Assembly (NCBI RefSeq): GCF_001194135.2
Contig: NC_068981.1
Location: 183,154,280-183,198,217, forward strand
Reading direction: 5' to 3'
Source of the DNA: Octopus bimaculoides
Taxonomy: Eukaryota
DNA: 43,938 bases
Shown here: positions 10,890-21,777 of the stretch, in pieces
Layout of the letters: every line of letters begins with the position of its first letter
Position numbering within the stretch: position 1 is the stretch's first letter
Position numbers and translations under genes: made by a program
The notes under the pieces: generated by a model
Database searches by the model: none
The model's input: only the letters and a program-made list of their open reading frames with translations
Told to the model about the DNA's origin: nothing

Positions 10890-12227
10890 AGAGATCATTA
10901 TTATTGTAGATGAAGTACAATTGCTTTACTATATGTGTGAATATGTCGCATAGTCAGCTCTGTTATTCGGGTTATTTGTCGGTCATAAGCTATACTCAAT
11001 ACAATAAACTAAGCACACGGTTACCATTACACAGGGAAGCTGAGATTATCATTTGAACGATATCCACAATATTGCTTCGTAAGAGACAAAATGTGAGGCA
11101 CTAAACTAAACGCTATAAATCATTTGGGTGGCCCCACCTGGGAATAAGGACAGCTAGACTCATAGGGAAGAAGTCAGCCAAGCAACTGGAGTCAATGTAA
11201 TGGACTTCCCTCTTCCCTGAAATTACTGGCCTTACGCCAAAATTTTAAACCATCATTACGTGAAGGCGCGTGGCCTAGTGGTTAGGGTGTTGCACTCACG
11301 ATCTCTAGATCATGGGTTCGATTCATGGACCGCGCTGTGCGTTGAGTTCTTAAGCAAAACACTTCATCACACGTTGCTCTACAACAATTTCGACATCTGA
11401 TTTGTGGCACACAGTGCACCTGTCCAGACAACATCGATTTGATGGAAGGAGCGAGTTACAGAACATCACATACATTTGATTATTATAAACAAATCATTTG
11501 TGCAGGTCGTTCGGCAAAAGCTGAACACTCATATGTCACCTTTGACAGGAGAGTCCATCATCATTATTATTATTACTGATAGAAAGGCGGCGAGCTGGCA
11601 GAATCGTTAACATGCCGGGCGAAATGCTTAGCGGTATTTCGTCTGACGNNNNNNNNNNNNNNNNNNNNNNNNNNNNNNNNNNNNNNNNNNNNNNNNNNNN
11701 NNNNNNNNNNNNNNNNNNNNNNNNNNNNNNNNNNNNNNNNNNNNNNNNNNNNNNNNNNNNNNNNNNNNNNNNNNNNNNNNNNNNNNNNNNNNNNNNNNNN
11801 NNNNNNNNNNNNNNNNNNNNNNNNNNNNNNNNNNNNNNNNNNNNNNNNNNNNNNNNNNNNNNNNNNNNNNNNNNNNNNNNNNNNNNNNNNNNNNNNNNNN
11901 NNNNNNNNNNNNNNNNNNNNNNNNNNNNNNNNNNNNNNNNNNNNNNNNNNNNNNNNNNNNNNNNNNNNNNNNNNNNNNNNNNNNNNNNNNNNNNNNNNNN
12001 NNNNNNNNNNNNNNNNNNNNNNNNNNNNNNNNNNNNNNNNNNNNNNNNNNNNNNNNNNNNNNNNNNNNNNNNNNNNNNNNNNNNNNNNNNNNNNNNNNNN
12101 NNNNNNNNNNNNNNNNNNNNNNNNNNNNNNNNNNNNNNNNNNNNNNNNNNNNNNNNNNNNNNNNNNNNNNNNNNNNNNNNNNNNNNNNNNNNNNNNNNNN
12201 NNNNNNNNNNNNNNNNNNNNNNNNNNN

Positions 12228-12900
12228 TTGTGCCTAGAGTAGAAAGGAATTGTTAGCACGCCGGACTAAATGCTTAGCGGTATTTCGTCTGCCGCTACGT
12301 TCTGAGTTCAAATGCCGCCGAGGTCGACTTTGCCTTTCATCCTTTCGGGGTTGATAGATTAAGTACCAATGAAACGATGGGGTCGATGAAGTCGACTCGT
12401 CCCCTCCCTCAAAATTTCAGGCCTTATGCCTTTAGTAGAAAGGATTATTACTGATAGAAAGGCGGCGAGCTGGCAGAATCGTTATCGCATTTCATCCTTT
12501 CGGGGTCGATAAATTAAGTACCAGTTATGCGCTGGGGTCGATGTAATTGACTTAACCCATTTGTCTGTCCTTCTTTGTCCCCTCTATGTTTAGTCCCTTG
12601 TGGGCAATAAAGAAATAAGAATCGTTATCTCGCCGGGCAAAATACCTAGCTGTATTTCGTCTGTCTTTACATTCTGAGTTCAAATTCTGCCGAGGTCGAC
12701 TTTACCTTTCATCCTTTCGGGGTCGATAAATTAAATACCAGTTGCGTGCTGGGGTCGATCTAAACGACTGGCACCCTTCCCAAAAATTTCGGGCCTTGTG
12801 CCTAAAGTAGAAAAGAATCGTTAGCACTGGGGTCGTTGTAATTGATTAGACCTCCCTCCCCATATTTCAACCCTTGTGTCTACGGTAGAAAGGATTATGA
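12228..12900 (+). mobile_element. Head-to-tail chain of at least four SINE family A units
   Basis: Repeated head/core/tail modules with two alternative tails: tail 1 ...GGCCTTGTGCCTAGAGTAGAAAAGAA and tail 2 ...CCCCTTGTGGGCAATAAAGAAATAAGAA. Confidence 0.8.
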
Positions 12901-13019
12901 TTACTGATAGAATGCATTTTCAAAACTCGGAGGGTAATTAAAAGTCTAAAAGAGTGAGAGAAAAAAGTTTGAAAGACAGAGAGAAAAGAATAATAATAAA
13001 CAAGAGCACTCAGACAGCG

Positions 13020-13368
13020 CAAACCTCCGCCGAGGCAACACCAACGTCCTTTCAACGATTAGCCAGAGATGGTTTTTTTAAAATGAGAATATCTGAAAGA
13101 AACTTGACTGCTCTCACGAACGAGAATACTAAAAATTAACCTGACCGCTCTCAAAAATTAAGTAAAAACCGGAAAAATAATCCAGAATCGTAGTCCAGTA
13201 CTGGATCAGTCCGAAAATCTAATCAGTTCGTGTCAGTCACGAGGCCAAACATCCCTTAAAGTTTCATCCGAATCCATCCAGCAGTTCTTGAGATATCTTG
13301 TCCACAGTCAAACAAACAAACACAACTGAAAACAATACCTTTGCCTTCGCTAAGGCGGAGATAATAAA
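13020..13368 (+). mobile_element. Non-autonomous Helentron/DINE-1-like (HINE-type) element
   Basis: Subterminal inverted motif CCTCCGCC (13024-13031) versus GGCGGAG (13354-13360). 3' hairpin CTTTGCCTT-CGCT-AAGGCGGAG, an (AAAC)n tract, and an AAGTTTCATCCGAATCCATCCAGC core typical of such elements. Confidence 0.5.
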
Positions 13369-14080
13369 GTTTGCGAAAAAAAAAACGGTACGCTTTACTA
13401 CNNNNNNNNNNNNNNNNNNNNNNNNNNNNNNNNNNNNNNNNNNNNNNNNNNNNNNNNNNNNNNNNNNNNNNNNNNNNNNNNNNNNNNNNNNNNNNNNNNN
13501 NNNNNNNNNNNNNNNNNNNNNNNNNNNNNNNNNNNNNNNNNNNNNNNNNNNNNNNNNNNNNNNNNNNNNNNNNNNNNNNNNNNNNNNNNNNNNNNNNNNN
13601 NNNNNNNNNNNNNNNNNNNNNNNNNNNNNNNNNNNNNNNNNNNNNNNNNNNNNNNNNNNNNNNNNNNNNNNNNNNNNNNNNNNNNNNNNNNNNNNNNNNN
13701 NNNNNNNNNNNNNNNNNNNNNNNNNNNNNNNNNNNNNNNNNNNNNNNNNNNNNNNNNNNNNNNNNNNNNNNNNNNNNNNNNNNNNNNNNNNNNNNNNNNN
13801 NNNNNNNNNNNNNNNNNNNNNNNNNNNNNNNNNNNNNNNNNNNNNNNNNNNNNNNNNNNNNNNNNNNNNNNNNNNNNNNNNNNNNNNNNNNNNNNNNNNN
13901 NNNNNNNNNNNNNNNNNNNNNNNNNNNNNNNNNNNNNNNNNNNNNNNNNNNNNNNNNNNNNNNNNNNNNNNNNNNNNNNNNNNNNNNNNNNNNNNNNNNN
14001 NNNNNNNNNNNNNNNNNNNNNNNNNNNNNNNNNNNNNNNNNNNNNNNNNNNNNNNNNNNNNNNNNNNNNNNNNNNNNNNN

Positions 14081-14484
14081 GTGTATACTCTTTTACTCTT
14101 TACTCTTTTACTTGTTTCAGTCGTTTGACTGCGGCCATGCTGAAGCACCACCTTTAAACGAGCAAATCGATCCCAGGACCTATTCTTTGGAAGCCTATTA
14201 CTTATTCTATCGGTTTCTTTTGCCGAACCGCTAGGTGACGGGGACGTAAACACACCAGCATCGGTTGTCAAGCAATGCTAGCGGGGACAATGGTGAAAAG
14301 CAATTTGAAAGATCCCTGTTAAAAAGGAGAAAATCCAACAATTTCAGATCTTTGCTCACATCGACCCTGGTACTTATTTTTCTAAAGTTTGGTGCTTGTT
14401 CTATCGATGCCTTTTAGCAAGCCGCTAGGTCACGGGAACGTAAGCAAACCAACATCGCTTGTCAAGCGGTGGGATGGGGCAAAC
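14081..14484 (-). mobile_element. Two SINE family B tail segments, followed by (CA)n at 14485-14634
   Basis: Reverse complements of the family B tail at 14081-14290 and 14365-14484. Confidence 0.7.
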
Positions 14485-14580
14485 ATACACACACGCACAC
14501 ACATATACACACACACATACACACACGTTCATACACACACACACGCACGCACNNNNNNNNNNNNNNNNNNNNNNNNNNNN

Positions 14581-14637
<57 letters not shown>

Positions 14638-14807
14638 GAAAATCGGTGATTGAGGTTTTCTTAATATTTTTCTTATGCTATCACAAGCCTTTAAAAGGAA
14701 AATGTGAACGAAATAGTTTCCAAGAAGCAAAATATTAACGGGAGTGGACATTATATACACATCCGCACGCACACTTAGACACACGTATATGCATACATCT
14801 CTAAATA

Positions 14808-14848
14808 CAGACAGACAGACAGACAGACAGATAGATAGATAGACAGAC

Positions 14849-14922
<74 letters not shown>
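14808..14922. repeat. (AGAC)n(AGAT)n tetranucleotide microsatellite
   Basis: Direct inspection. Confidence 0.97.
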
Positions 14923-14923
<1 letters not shown>

Positions 14924-15022
14924 AATTCAAAGTAACTAACAGGAAAATGCGAAGCGATTGAAGGGAGGTAACTCAGAAACTACATCTATATTATACATTA
15001 TTTGTCAAATGCATTTGCCGTT

Positions 15023-15094
15023 GGGGATATAGCTCAGTGGTAGAGCATTCGACTGCAGATCGAGAGGTCCCCGGTTCAATCCCGGGTGTCCCCT
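15023..15094 (+). tRNA. tRNA-Cys-GCA: tRNA-Cys (anticodon GCA), intronless
   Basis: 72 nt. Acceptor stem GGGGATA/TGTCCCC, discriminator T, D-arm GCTC/GAGC, anticodon stem TTCGA/TCGAG with loop CT-GCA-GA (15055-15057), T-arm CCCGG-TTCAATC-CCGGG. T-runs immediately downstream fit a Pol III terminator. Confidence 0.95.
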
Positions 15095-15785
15095 ATCTTT
15101 TCTTTTATTTCGTTTTTTGGGAATTTCTCCCCGACTATTTTTTAACCACGGCATTTTCGTCGTTTGCCAAAATTAGGTTAAATCTATGGCGTCTGATATC
15201 GATGGTTTATACACCGTTTCTGAATGTCTCCCTTTGTGTAGTTTAATTGCAGTACGTAGTGTTTCGTCTCGTTGCTGTCATGTTTAAGCCAATTGTCGTA
15301 CACTAACATGAACACCACTTGTTTGTTTGCTCTTTTAATAGAAACAAGCATTTGACTTATTTTTCTCTAGCACGAAGACCATATATTCCAGAGGAAGACG
15401 TTCTGACATTTCAGCCTTTCAATTATTGGTGATAGGGAGGAGAATGGGGTTTATTCGAGAATGGTGATCTTTACATCTTGTTCTGTGGCGTTCCATATTG
15501 TTCACTGCAGAATCAGAAATATATATTGTCAGTACATTACTTTTTGCTTTTTGCTTTTTCCGGGCGCAGGTTTGGCCGTGTGGCTAAAAAGTTAACTATT
15601 GTTGTAAACACATTCACCTCAGTCCAACCTTCTCTCGCTCTCTTTTCATTCACAAGTTTCCCCCTCACACACATCAGATGGCGCTTCTCTTTTCATTAAC
15701 CCTTCCCAAACCGCATCTCCTCTCTTTTTTTATTCTTTCATCTCTTTCCTTCGCTGTCTGCGATATCTTTTATCCTTAAGACTGC

Positions 15786-16143
15786 AAGCTGGCAGAATCG
15801 TTAGCACACCGGGTGAAATGCTTAGCGGTATTTCGTCTGCCGCTATGTTCTGAGTTCAAATTCCGCCGAGGTCGACTTTGCCTTTCATCCTTTCGGGGTC
15901 GATAAATTAAGTACCAGTTACGCACTGGAGTCGATATAATCGACTTAAACCCTTTGTCTGTCCTTCTTTGTCCCCTCTATGTTTAGCCCCTTGTGGGCAG
16001 TAAAGAAATAAGAAACGTTAACACGCTGGACGAAGTGCTTTGCGATATTTCGTCTGCCGTTACGTTCTGAGTCCAAATGTCGCCGAGGTTGATTTTGCCT
16101 TTCATCCTCTCGGAGTCGATAAATTAAATACCAGTTGCGTACT
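15786..16143 (+). mobile_element. Dimer of SINE family A (tail-2 unit fused to a 5'-clipped second unit)
   Basis: Head, core and tail 2 to 16014, then ACGTTAACACGC (head minus its first about 18 nt) and core, truncated at about 16143. Confidence 0.8.
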
Positions 16144-16147
16144 TTAA

Positions 16148-16254
16148 ACCCGTAAGGCCCTCGGGCAACTGACTGGTGAGTCCCAGGCTTAAGACAGCAC
16201 AACTTTCAGGTATTGATCACACCTACTAAAGGTGCCGAAAGGACTCGTTTCAAG
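16148..16254 (-). repeat. Left arm of a 107-bp inverted repeat (partner 17063-17169)
   Basis: ACCCGTAAGGCCCTCGGGCAACTGACTGGTGA...GGACTCGTTTCAAG is the reverse complement of 17063-17169, with about 6 mismatches by manual alignment. Confidence 0.95.
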
Positions 16255-17260
16255 CTGTAGCGTCTTTGATTGTAAATAGAAAAGGTTATGTACCCTCTTG
16301 AATTTCTACAATGATAGTTACCTTGGAGAGAAAGCTGTGTGGGAACGAAAATTAAAGGTTCTTCCACACATTTAATATATCACTAAGGTTCAGAAAATAT
16401 TAACTAATAGCTCCAAGAACTATGTTACTGTAGACATAACCTTTGACCTTAACCATTAGACATACGTTACCACACGGTTGAAAAACTTGTGTTCGGACCT
16501 GATACATTCCAGAGTGAAATTTGAATACGGAAAGAACTCTAAATTAACTCTAGAAGATACTCAAAATTTCTGTACATTAGCCATAGGAAAAATTAGAAGA
16601 CTTCTTTTTTTCCAAACTTATCTTCACGCTTTGATTCGTGCCAAATTAAAACTCTTTAGCAAAGATGCTCAGGATTGCCAGTGAAAGTTTGTCATTTACT
16701 CACAGAAGGCATAATTGAAAAGAGAACATCCTCATATTGAGCGGCTCTTCCTAAGAAAATTCGTGAGGAGTAGTGAGACTGAAGCATTTGTAGGGCATGT
16801 TGAACTCCAACGGGATTCAACTTCTGCAAATATCAGGTACCGAGATGGACGAGAATCCATTGTTTCTGTCCATGATTTGACGCCTTGTCTCGAAGCCTAG
16901 GCAACACCCACGTCTCCTAATGTGGTACAAAATAAAACAAACCTAGTAGCACCCGAGCCTGATGATAAAGAAAATAACATGCCATAGTGTGGAAGATTAA
17001 ATCGCAGCGATTATGAAGAACTGCTCGTTTACCAAACCCTAACAACCGATATAGATGAGAAACTCGAAACGAGTCCTTTCGGCACCTTTAGTAGGTGTTA
17101 TCAATACCTGAGAGTTGTGCTGTCTTAAGCTTTGGATTCACCAGTCAGTTGCCCGAGGGCCTTACGGGTCTAGGGACTCAATTCTCATCTATGAATGCTG
17201 TAACTAGCTGTCAATAAATACTCGAGGATCCTGTATATACAGGTAAAATGTTGTTCGACA
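16255..17260 (+). mobile_element. Internally deleted Ty3/Gypsy LTR retrotransposon relic (protease-RT linker, RT start, integrase C-terminus, putative 3' LTR)
   Basis: NYVTVDITFD...LKNLCSDL...FEYG...FCTLA (protease end and linker). KVCHLLTEGIIEK at 16696-16722 resembles the EV..LL.EGIIE.S.SPW RT start. It is fused to LFLRKFVRSSETEAFVGHVELQRDSTSANIRYRDGRESIVSVHDLTP (integrase C-terminus). Putative LTR about 16989-17260 with TG...CA ends and AATAAA at 17213-17218. Confidence 0.75.
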
Positions 17261-17308
17261 GTACTAGAGATTATTCTTTCCTTAGCAAGAAGAATGTAAT
17301 ACTACTAG

Positions 17309-17581
17309 CAGCGGTGTAGGTAATAGGGGAGCAAGAGGAGCTACTTCCCCACCCACGGGCACAGTTTTCAAAATTGGCGCCTTTTCAACAAATTTTTAAC
17401 TCTTTACTTACTCATATCAGTAATTGTATGAAAGTAATGTATGTAGAATACAATTACATAAGTTATAACTAATAGAATATTTCGCGTAATATAAGAGAAA
17501 TGAGTTTAAGTGTTTGGGATGTGTCATGGCGCCTTTTTTTGTGTTCGCTTCCCATAACTTTAGAACGAGGATACGCCTCTG
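17309..17581. mobile_element. MITE-like non-autonomous DNA transposon remnant
   Basis: Imperfect terminal inverted repeats CAGCGGTGTAG and GATACGCCTCTG, GC-rich subterminal blocks containing GGCGCC, AT-rich middle. TSD not convincingly preserved. Confidence 0.4.
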
Positions 17582-17994
17582 ATTACTGTAAATTAATGTG
17601 TGGGAAGAGGGTTCTTTACTTACTAGCAGAAATGGTCAGGGCGACCATAGCAGAAAGCAATGCTCATACAGCGACATGATATTATGTGACACAGAATACG
17701 TTGGAATAGTATAAAACTAAAGATGACGTGAAACTTGACTGTAATTATAGTTCAAGTTGTATTAAGCTTGGAAAACATCCACCAAGTTATTCGTTTGCAT
17801 TACAATTATAAACGAAGCCAAGATGATATAAATATGGCAACCGAAAAATCAAAAAGCGCTTTAGAGCAAAAAGCTCGTTACGACGACGACTACAACGACA
17901 AAAGCAGCGGCCAAGGCAGTGATACCTCAAAATTGCATAAGGTCAACAACTATAAATAAATGCAGAATGAGAAGTCCTCTTTTAGAATAGAAAT

Positions 17995-18355
17995 TTTTGG
18001 CACAAGGGGGGAGGGAAAGTCGATTACATCGACCTCAGTACTCAACTGGTATTTATTTTACCAATCCTGAAAGTATGAAAGACAAAGTCGACCTCGGCGG
18101 AATTTTTCTATTCCATATCAGTATCTTTGTTATGCGATGAGGTGGACGTACTGCTAGTACGCAGGGCAAAATGCTTACCGGCATTTCGTCCGTCTTTACA
18201 TACTGAGTTCAAATTCCGCCGAAGACGACTCTGCCTTTCATCCATTCGCGGTCGATGAAATTAAGTACCAGTCGAGTATCGGTGTCAATGTAATTGACTT
18301 ACCCCCTCCCCTCACACGAAATTGCTGGCCTTGTGCCACAATGTGAAACCTTTAC
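17995..18355. mobile_element. Head-to-head SINE family A pair: 17995-18105 (-) and 18131-18355 (+, with a 12-bp TSD)
   Basis: The + copy is flanked by the exact direct repeat CAGTATCTTTGT at 18119-18130 and 18356-18367. Confidence 0.8.
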
Positions 18356-18760
18356 CAGTATCTTTGTAAACTAACCTTTGTAAACTAACTTTTTATTGAA
18401 GTATAAAGTACATCATTTTTGAAATAGATAAATAAATAAATATATATATAAATAAAATAAATAAATAAATAAAACTGGGTGGTTGAGTGCAGCAACCACA
18501 CTAGAAAATCGACCAAGATTCCAAGACTTCTCTCCGAAATATTCGTCTTCTAACACATACAGAAGGAAATCCAAAAATAGCTTCATATATTTTGGCAGTA
18601 GTTCTTGGATTGTGCCATCGATACCAGACTTTTAATCGAGGAGTAAAACTAATTTGCTCTCATTTTTCTATTTCTTTTTTCTTTCTTTTTTTTTTTTTTG
18701 ACACAGTATAATTATCAGATTCAGAGTAAAAGGATTACAGTCTTTGTGACACACACACAC

Positions 18761-18811
<51 letters not shown>

Positions 18812-19974
18812 CGTGCGTGTAAGGGTTGGAATTAATTTATAACGGCATGTTGTAGGATATGAAAAATGAACAATGCATGAAGTTTTAAGGGAATATCTAT
18901 TTTTACCCGTTATATCGTATATACCTTGCCTCGACAGGCAGGTGATAAAATCCTAGAGCCTGCGGAGTAAAGTTAGATGTAAACTTTCCTTGCATAGTTT
19001 GTGTTTGTGTTCCGGTCTCATTGGTTTAGTAGTAATTACAGAGAGACAGAATGATGTAAGAGAACAGAATTACAGCTAGTGATAGTGACAGAATGTGCGA
19101 TGTTGTCTTTCTTTTTCCCTCTGGCCGTTTGTCTGCCTGCTGCCATGATTCTAGTGGTCGGTTCACTAACTGATGCTAGCTCTATCTCAACTCAAGAGTT
19201 GTCACCAAACTGACTAACTGACATACAGAAATTAGTTTTCGCAATCATTATATATATATATATCTGTTACTACTACGAATCTCTTTTCCCCCCTCGTTTT
19301 TCCTCTCTTTCTCTTTTCCTCTCGTTGCTCACCTAATCTTCTACTTCCTCCCTCTGTTTCTCTCTCTTCCCCTTACACCGGCATGGTCACATGCTTCCGG
19401 TCAATAATCCTTTCCTTCCTTGGCTTTCGCCNNNNNNNNNNNNNNNNNNNNNNNNNNNNNNNNNNNNNNNNNNNNNNNNNNNNNNNNNNNNNNNNNNNNN
19501 NNNNNNNNNNNNNNNNNNNNNNNNNNNNNNNNNNNNNNNNNNNNNNNNNNNNNNNNNNNNNNNNNNNNNNNNNNNNNNNNNNNNNNNNNNNNNNNNNNNN
19601 NNNNNNNNNNNNNNNNNNNNNNNNNNNNNNNNNNNNNNNNNNNNNNNNNNNNNNNNNNNNNNNNNNNNNNNNNNNNNNNNNNNNNNNNNNNNNNNNNNNN
19701 NNNNNNNNNNNNNNNNNNNNNNNNNNNNNNNNNNNNNNNNNNNNNNNNNNNNNNNNNNNNNNNNNNNNNNNNNNNNNNNNNNNNNNNNNNNNNNNNNNNN
19801 NNNNNNNNNNNNNNNNNNNNNNNNNNNNNNNNNNNNNNNNNNNNNNNNNNNNNNNNNNNNNNNNNNNNNNNNNNNNNNNNNNNNNNNNNNNNNNNNNNNN
19901 NNNNNNATGTTCTCTATGTGGCTCGTGTGTTCTCGTCTACGTTTGTTTGCAATGTCCTGTACCCAGATATGCAC

Positions 19975-19981
19975 CTATATA

Positions 19982-20017
<36 letters not shown>

Positions 20018-20042
20018 TGTATGTATGTATGTATGTATGTGT
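19975..20042. repeat. (AT)n(ATGT)n microsatellite. Other simple repeats include (GT)n at 2515-2600 and 18765-18820
   Basis: Direct inspection. Confidence 0.95.
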
Positions 20043-20365
20043 ATACTTGAAATTTACAGAAAAACAAAAGACTAAGGCAAGTGTATGAACGACAAGCGTG
20101 TGCATTAGTTTGACGTTCGGGAAAGTGAGAAAGTCTTTTACGTTTTGAGGCTACGCTCTTCAACAGAAGGGAATAAACTTTCTCTCACTCTTTCTTCCTG
20201 TTTCTTGAGTAACGCTGCGATGGACTGGCGTCCCGTCCAGCTGGAGGGAACACATACGCCATAGAAACCGGGAAACCGGGCCCATGAGCCTGGCTAGGGT
20301 TTAAAATGGCGCATAAATAAAAAATATATATATATAATATGTATGTATGTGTGTGCGCGCGTGCA

Positions 20366-21777
20366 CAAAAGTTTACAATACATTTAACTCAATTGAATTC
20401 TTTCACAGAATATTTACAGTGTTCTAGAAGATTCGGGAAGTTTCGCTGGGGAGCATTTATAGCCATTGCATTAGTTCTGACAATATCACCGCAGAGTAAA
20501 CATCATCATCATGGGTAAAAATGAACAAACTAGTCAAGATCTCCGTGTGCGTATTGTTGACCTTCATAAGAGTGGCATGGGTCCAGAAAGATCTCTGCAC
20601 AGCTTAATGTACCCCTGAGTTTAGTCGGTACGATAATACGTATCTGGAAATCTCGCAATTCCATTCCCCCTCTTGTCCGCTCCGGTCGGGCACGTAAGTT
20701 AGCAGAGCGTACAACAAGAAAACTTGCAAGAACAGCTAGTAATAGAGCGCAAACTACCCTCAAGGAGCTGCAGAAAGACCTGGAAGCATGTGAAGTACAT
20801 GTGAGCAAGGATACAATTAGTAGATCACTTCGTCATTATAATCTCTTTTCTCGTTCTCCAAGAAAGACCCTATTGCTTAAGAAACGTCATTTTAAGGTCA
20901 TTTGGCCTTTGCCAAAAAAAAAAAAAAGAAAGAAAGAAAAGAATAGAAAAAAACATCTAAATAAACCGGCAACATATTGGAAAATCGCAGTTTGGTCTGC
21001 GAAAATTAAGATTGAACTTTTCGGCAGAAATTCGATCGGCAAGGTATGGAGAAAGAACGGCACAGAATACGCGCCAAAAGAATACTACCTCTACAGTCAA
21101 ATTCAGAGGCGGATCAGTAATGGTATGGGCTTGTTTTTGCTTATCAGGTGTTGAAAGAATAGAAGTAATCGAAGAAACAATGGATGGCGGAAAATACGGG
21201 GGGATTTTAGAGATGATTAATACCTAGCGCTCGCTCCCAAAACATGGAACAAGGATAGGTCTTTCAACAAGATAACAATTCAAAGCACACAGCAAAGCTG
21301 ACCAAGAATTAGCTGAAAACAAATGGGATTAATGTTCTGGAAAGACCTAGTCAATCTCCTAACCTTAATCCAATCAAAAATTTGTGGAAAGAATTAAAAA
21401 TCAGAGTTCAAAAAAGAAACCCGTGTAACTTACAAGAATTGAAAAGAATTTGTGTAGAAGAATAGAGAAAAATAAGCCCCACCACGTGTAAAAAGTATTT
21501 AGGAGACTATTCAAAGCGCCTGCAAACTCTCATCATCAACAAGGGTTATGCAACTAAATGTTGATTTGATTGTATAGACGTGTTGTAAACGTTTGCATTT
21601 TCAATTTCAACATTTTTCCATATAAATTTTTTGCGTTCATTATTATGTAATTCTGATTGTTACATTGAATTTATGACGAAAAGCTTCATCAATGATGGAG
21701 ATTTCATTAACCTGCGTTAGTTCAATATATGTAAATCGGACTTTTGACTGTGTGTTGTAAACTTTTGCGGGTCACTG
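20366..21777 (+). mobile_element. Near full-length inactive Tc1-family DNA transposon; transposase pseudogene 20511-21564
   Basis: ATG at 20511 gives MGKNEQTSQDLRVRIVDLHKSG, then RSGRARKL (GRPR-like), [60 protein letters not shown] and KGYATKC*. There are several frameshifts and stops. The first catalytic D is altered (VWSA) and the E is altered (NPIK). The right end ...AAACTTTTGCGGGTCACTG is followed by TA, and the left remnant CAAAAGTTTACAATACA matches it. Confidence 0.93.

Noticed and set aside
12228-12900. Repeat-spacer-like appearance of GGGGTCGAT/TCGACCCC palindromic motifs (CRISPR-like)
   Set aside because: Eukaryotic context, no cas genes, and no constant-length unique spacers. The motifs are internal to SINE family A.
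17813-17960. Minus-strand hydrophobic stretch GITALAAAFVVVVVVVTSFLL* resembling a TM or GPI signal, and plus-strand ORF MATEKSKS...
   Set aside because: The minus frame has an in-frame TGA just upstream and arises from a (GAC)n low-complexity tract. It is also on the wrong strand to belong to the TEP-like gene.
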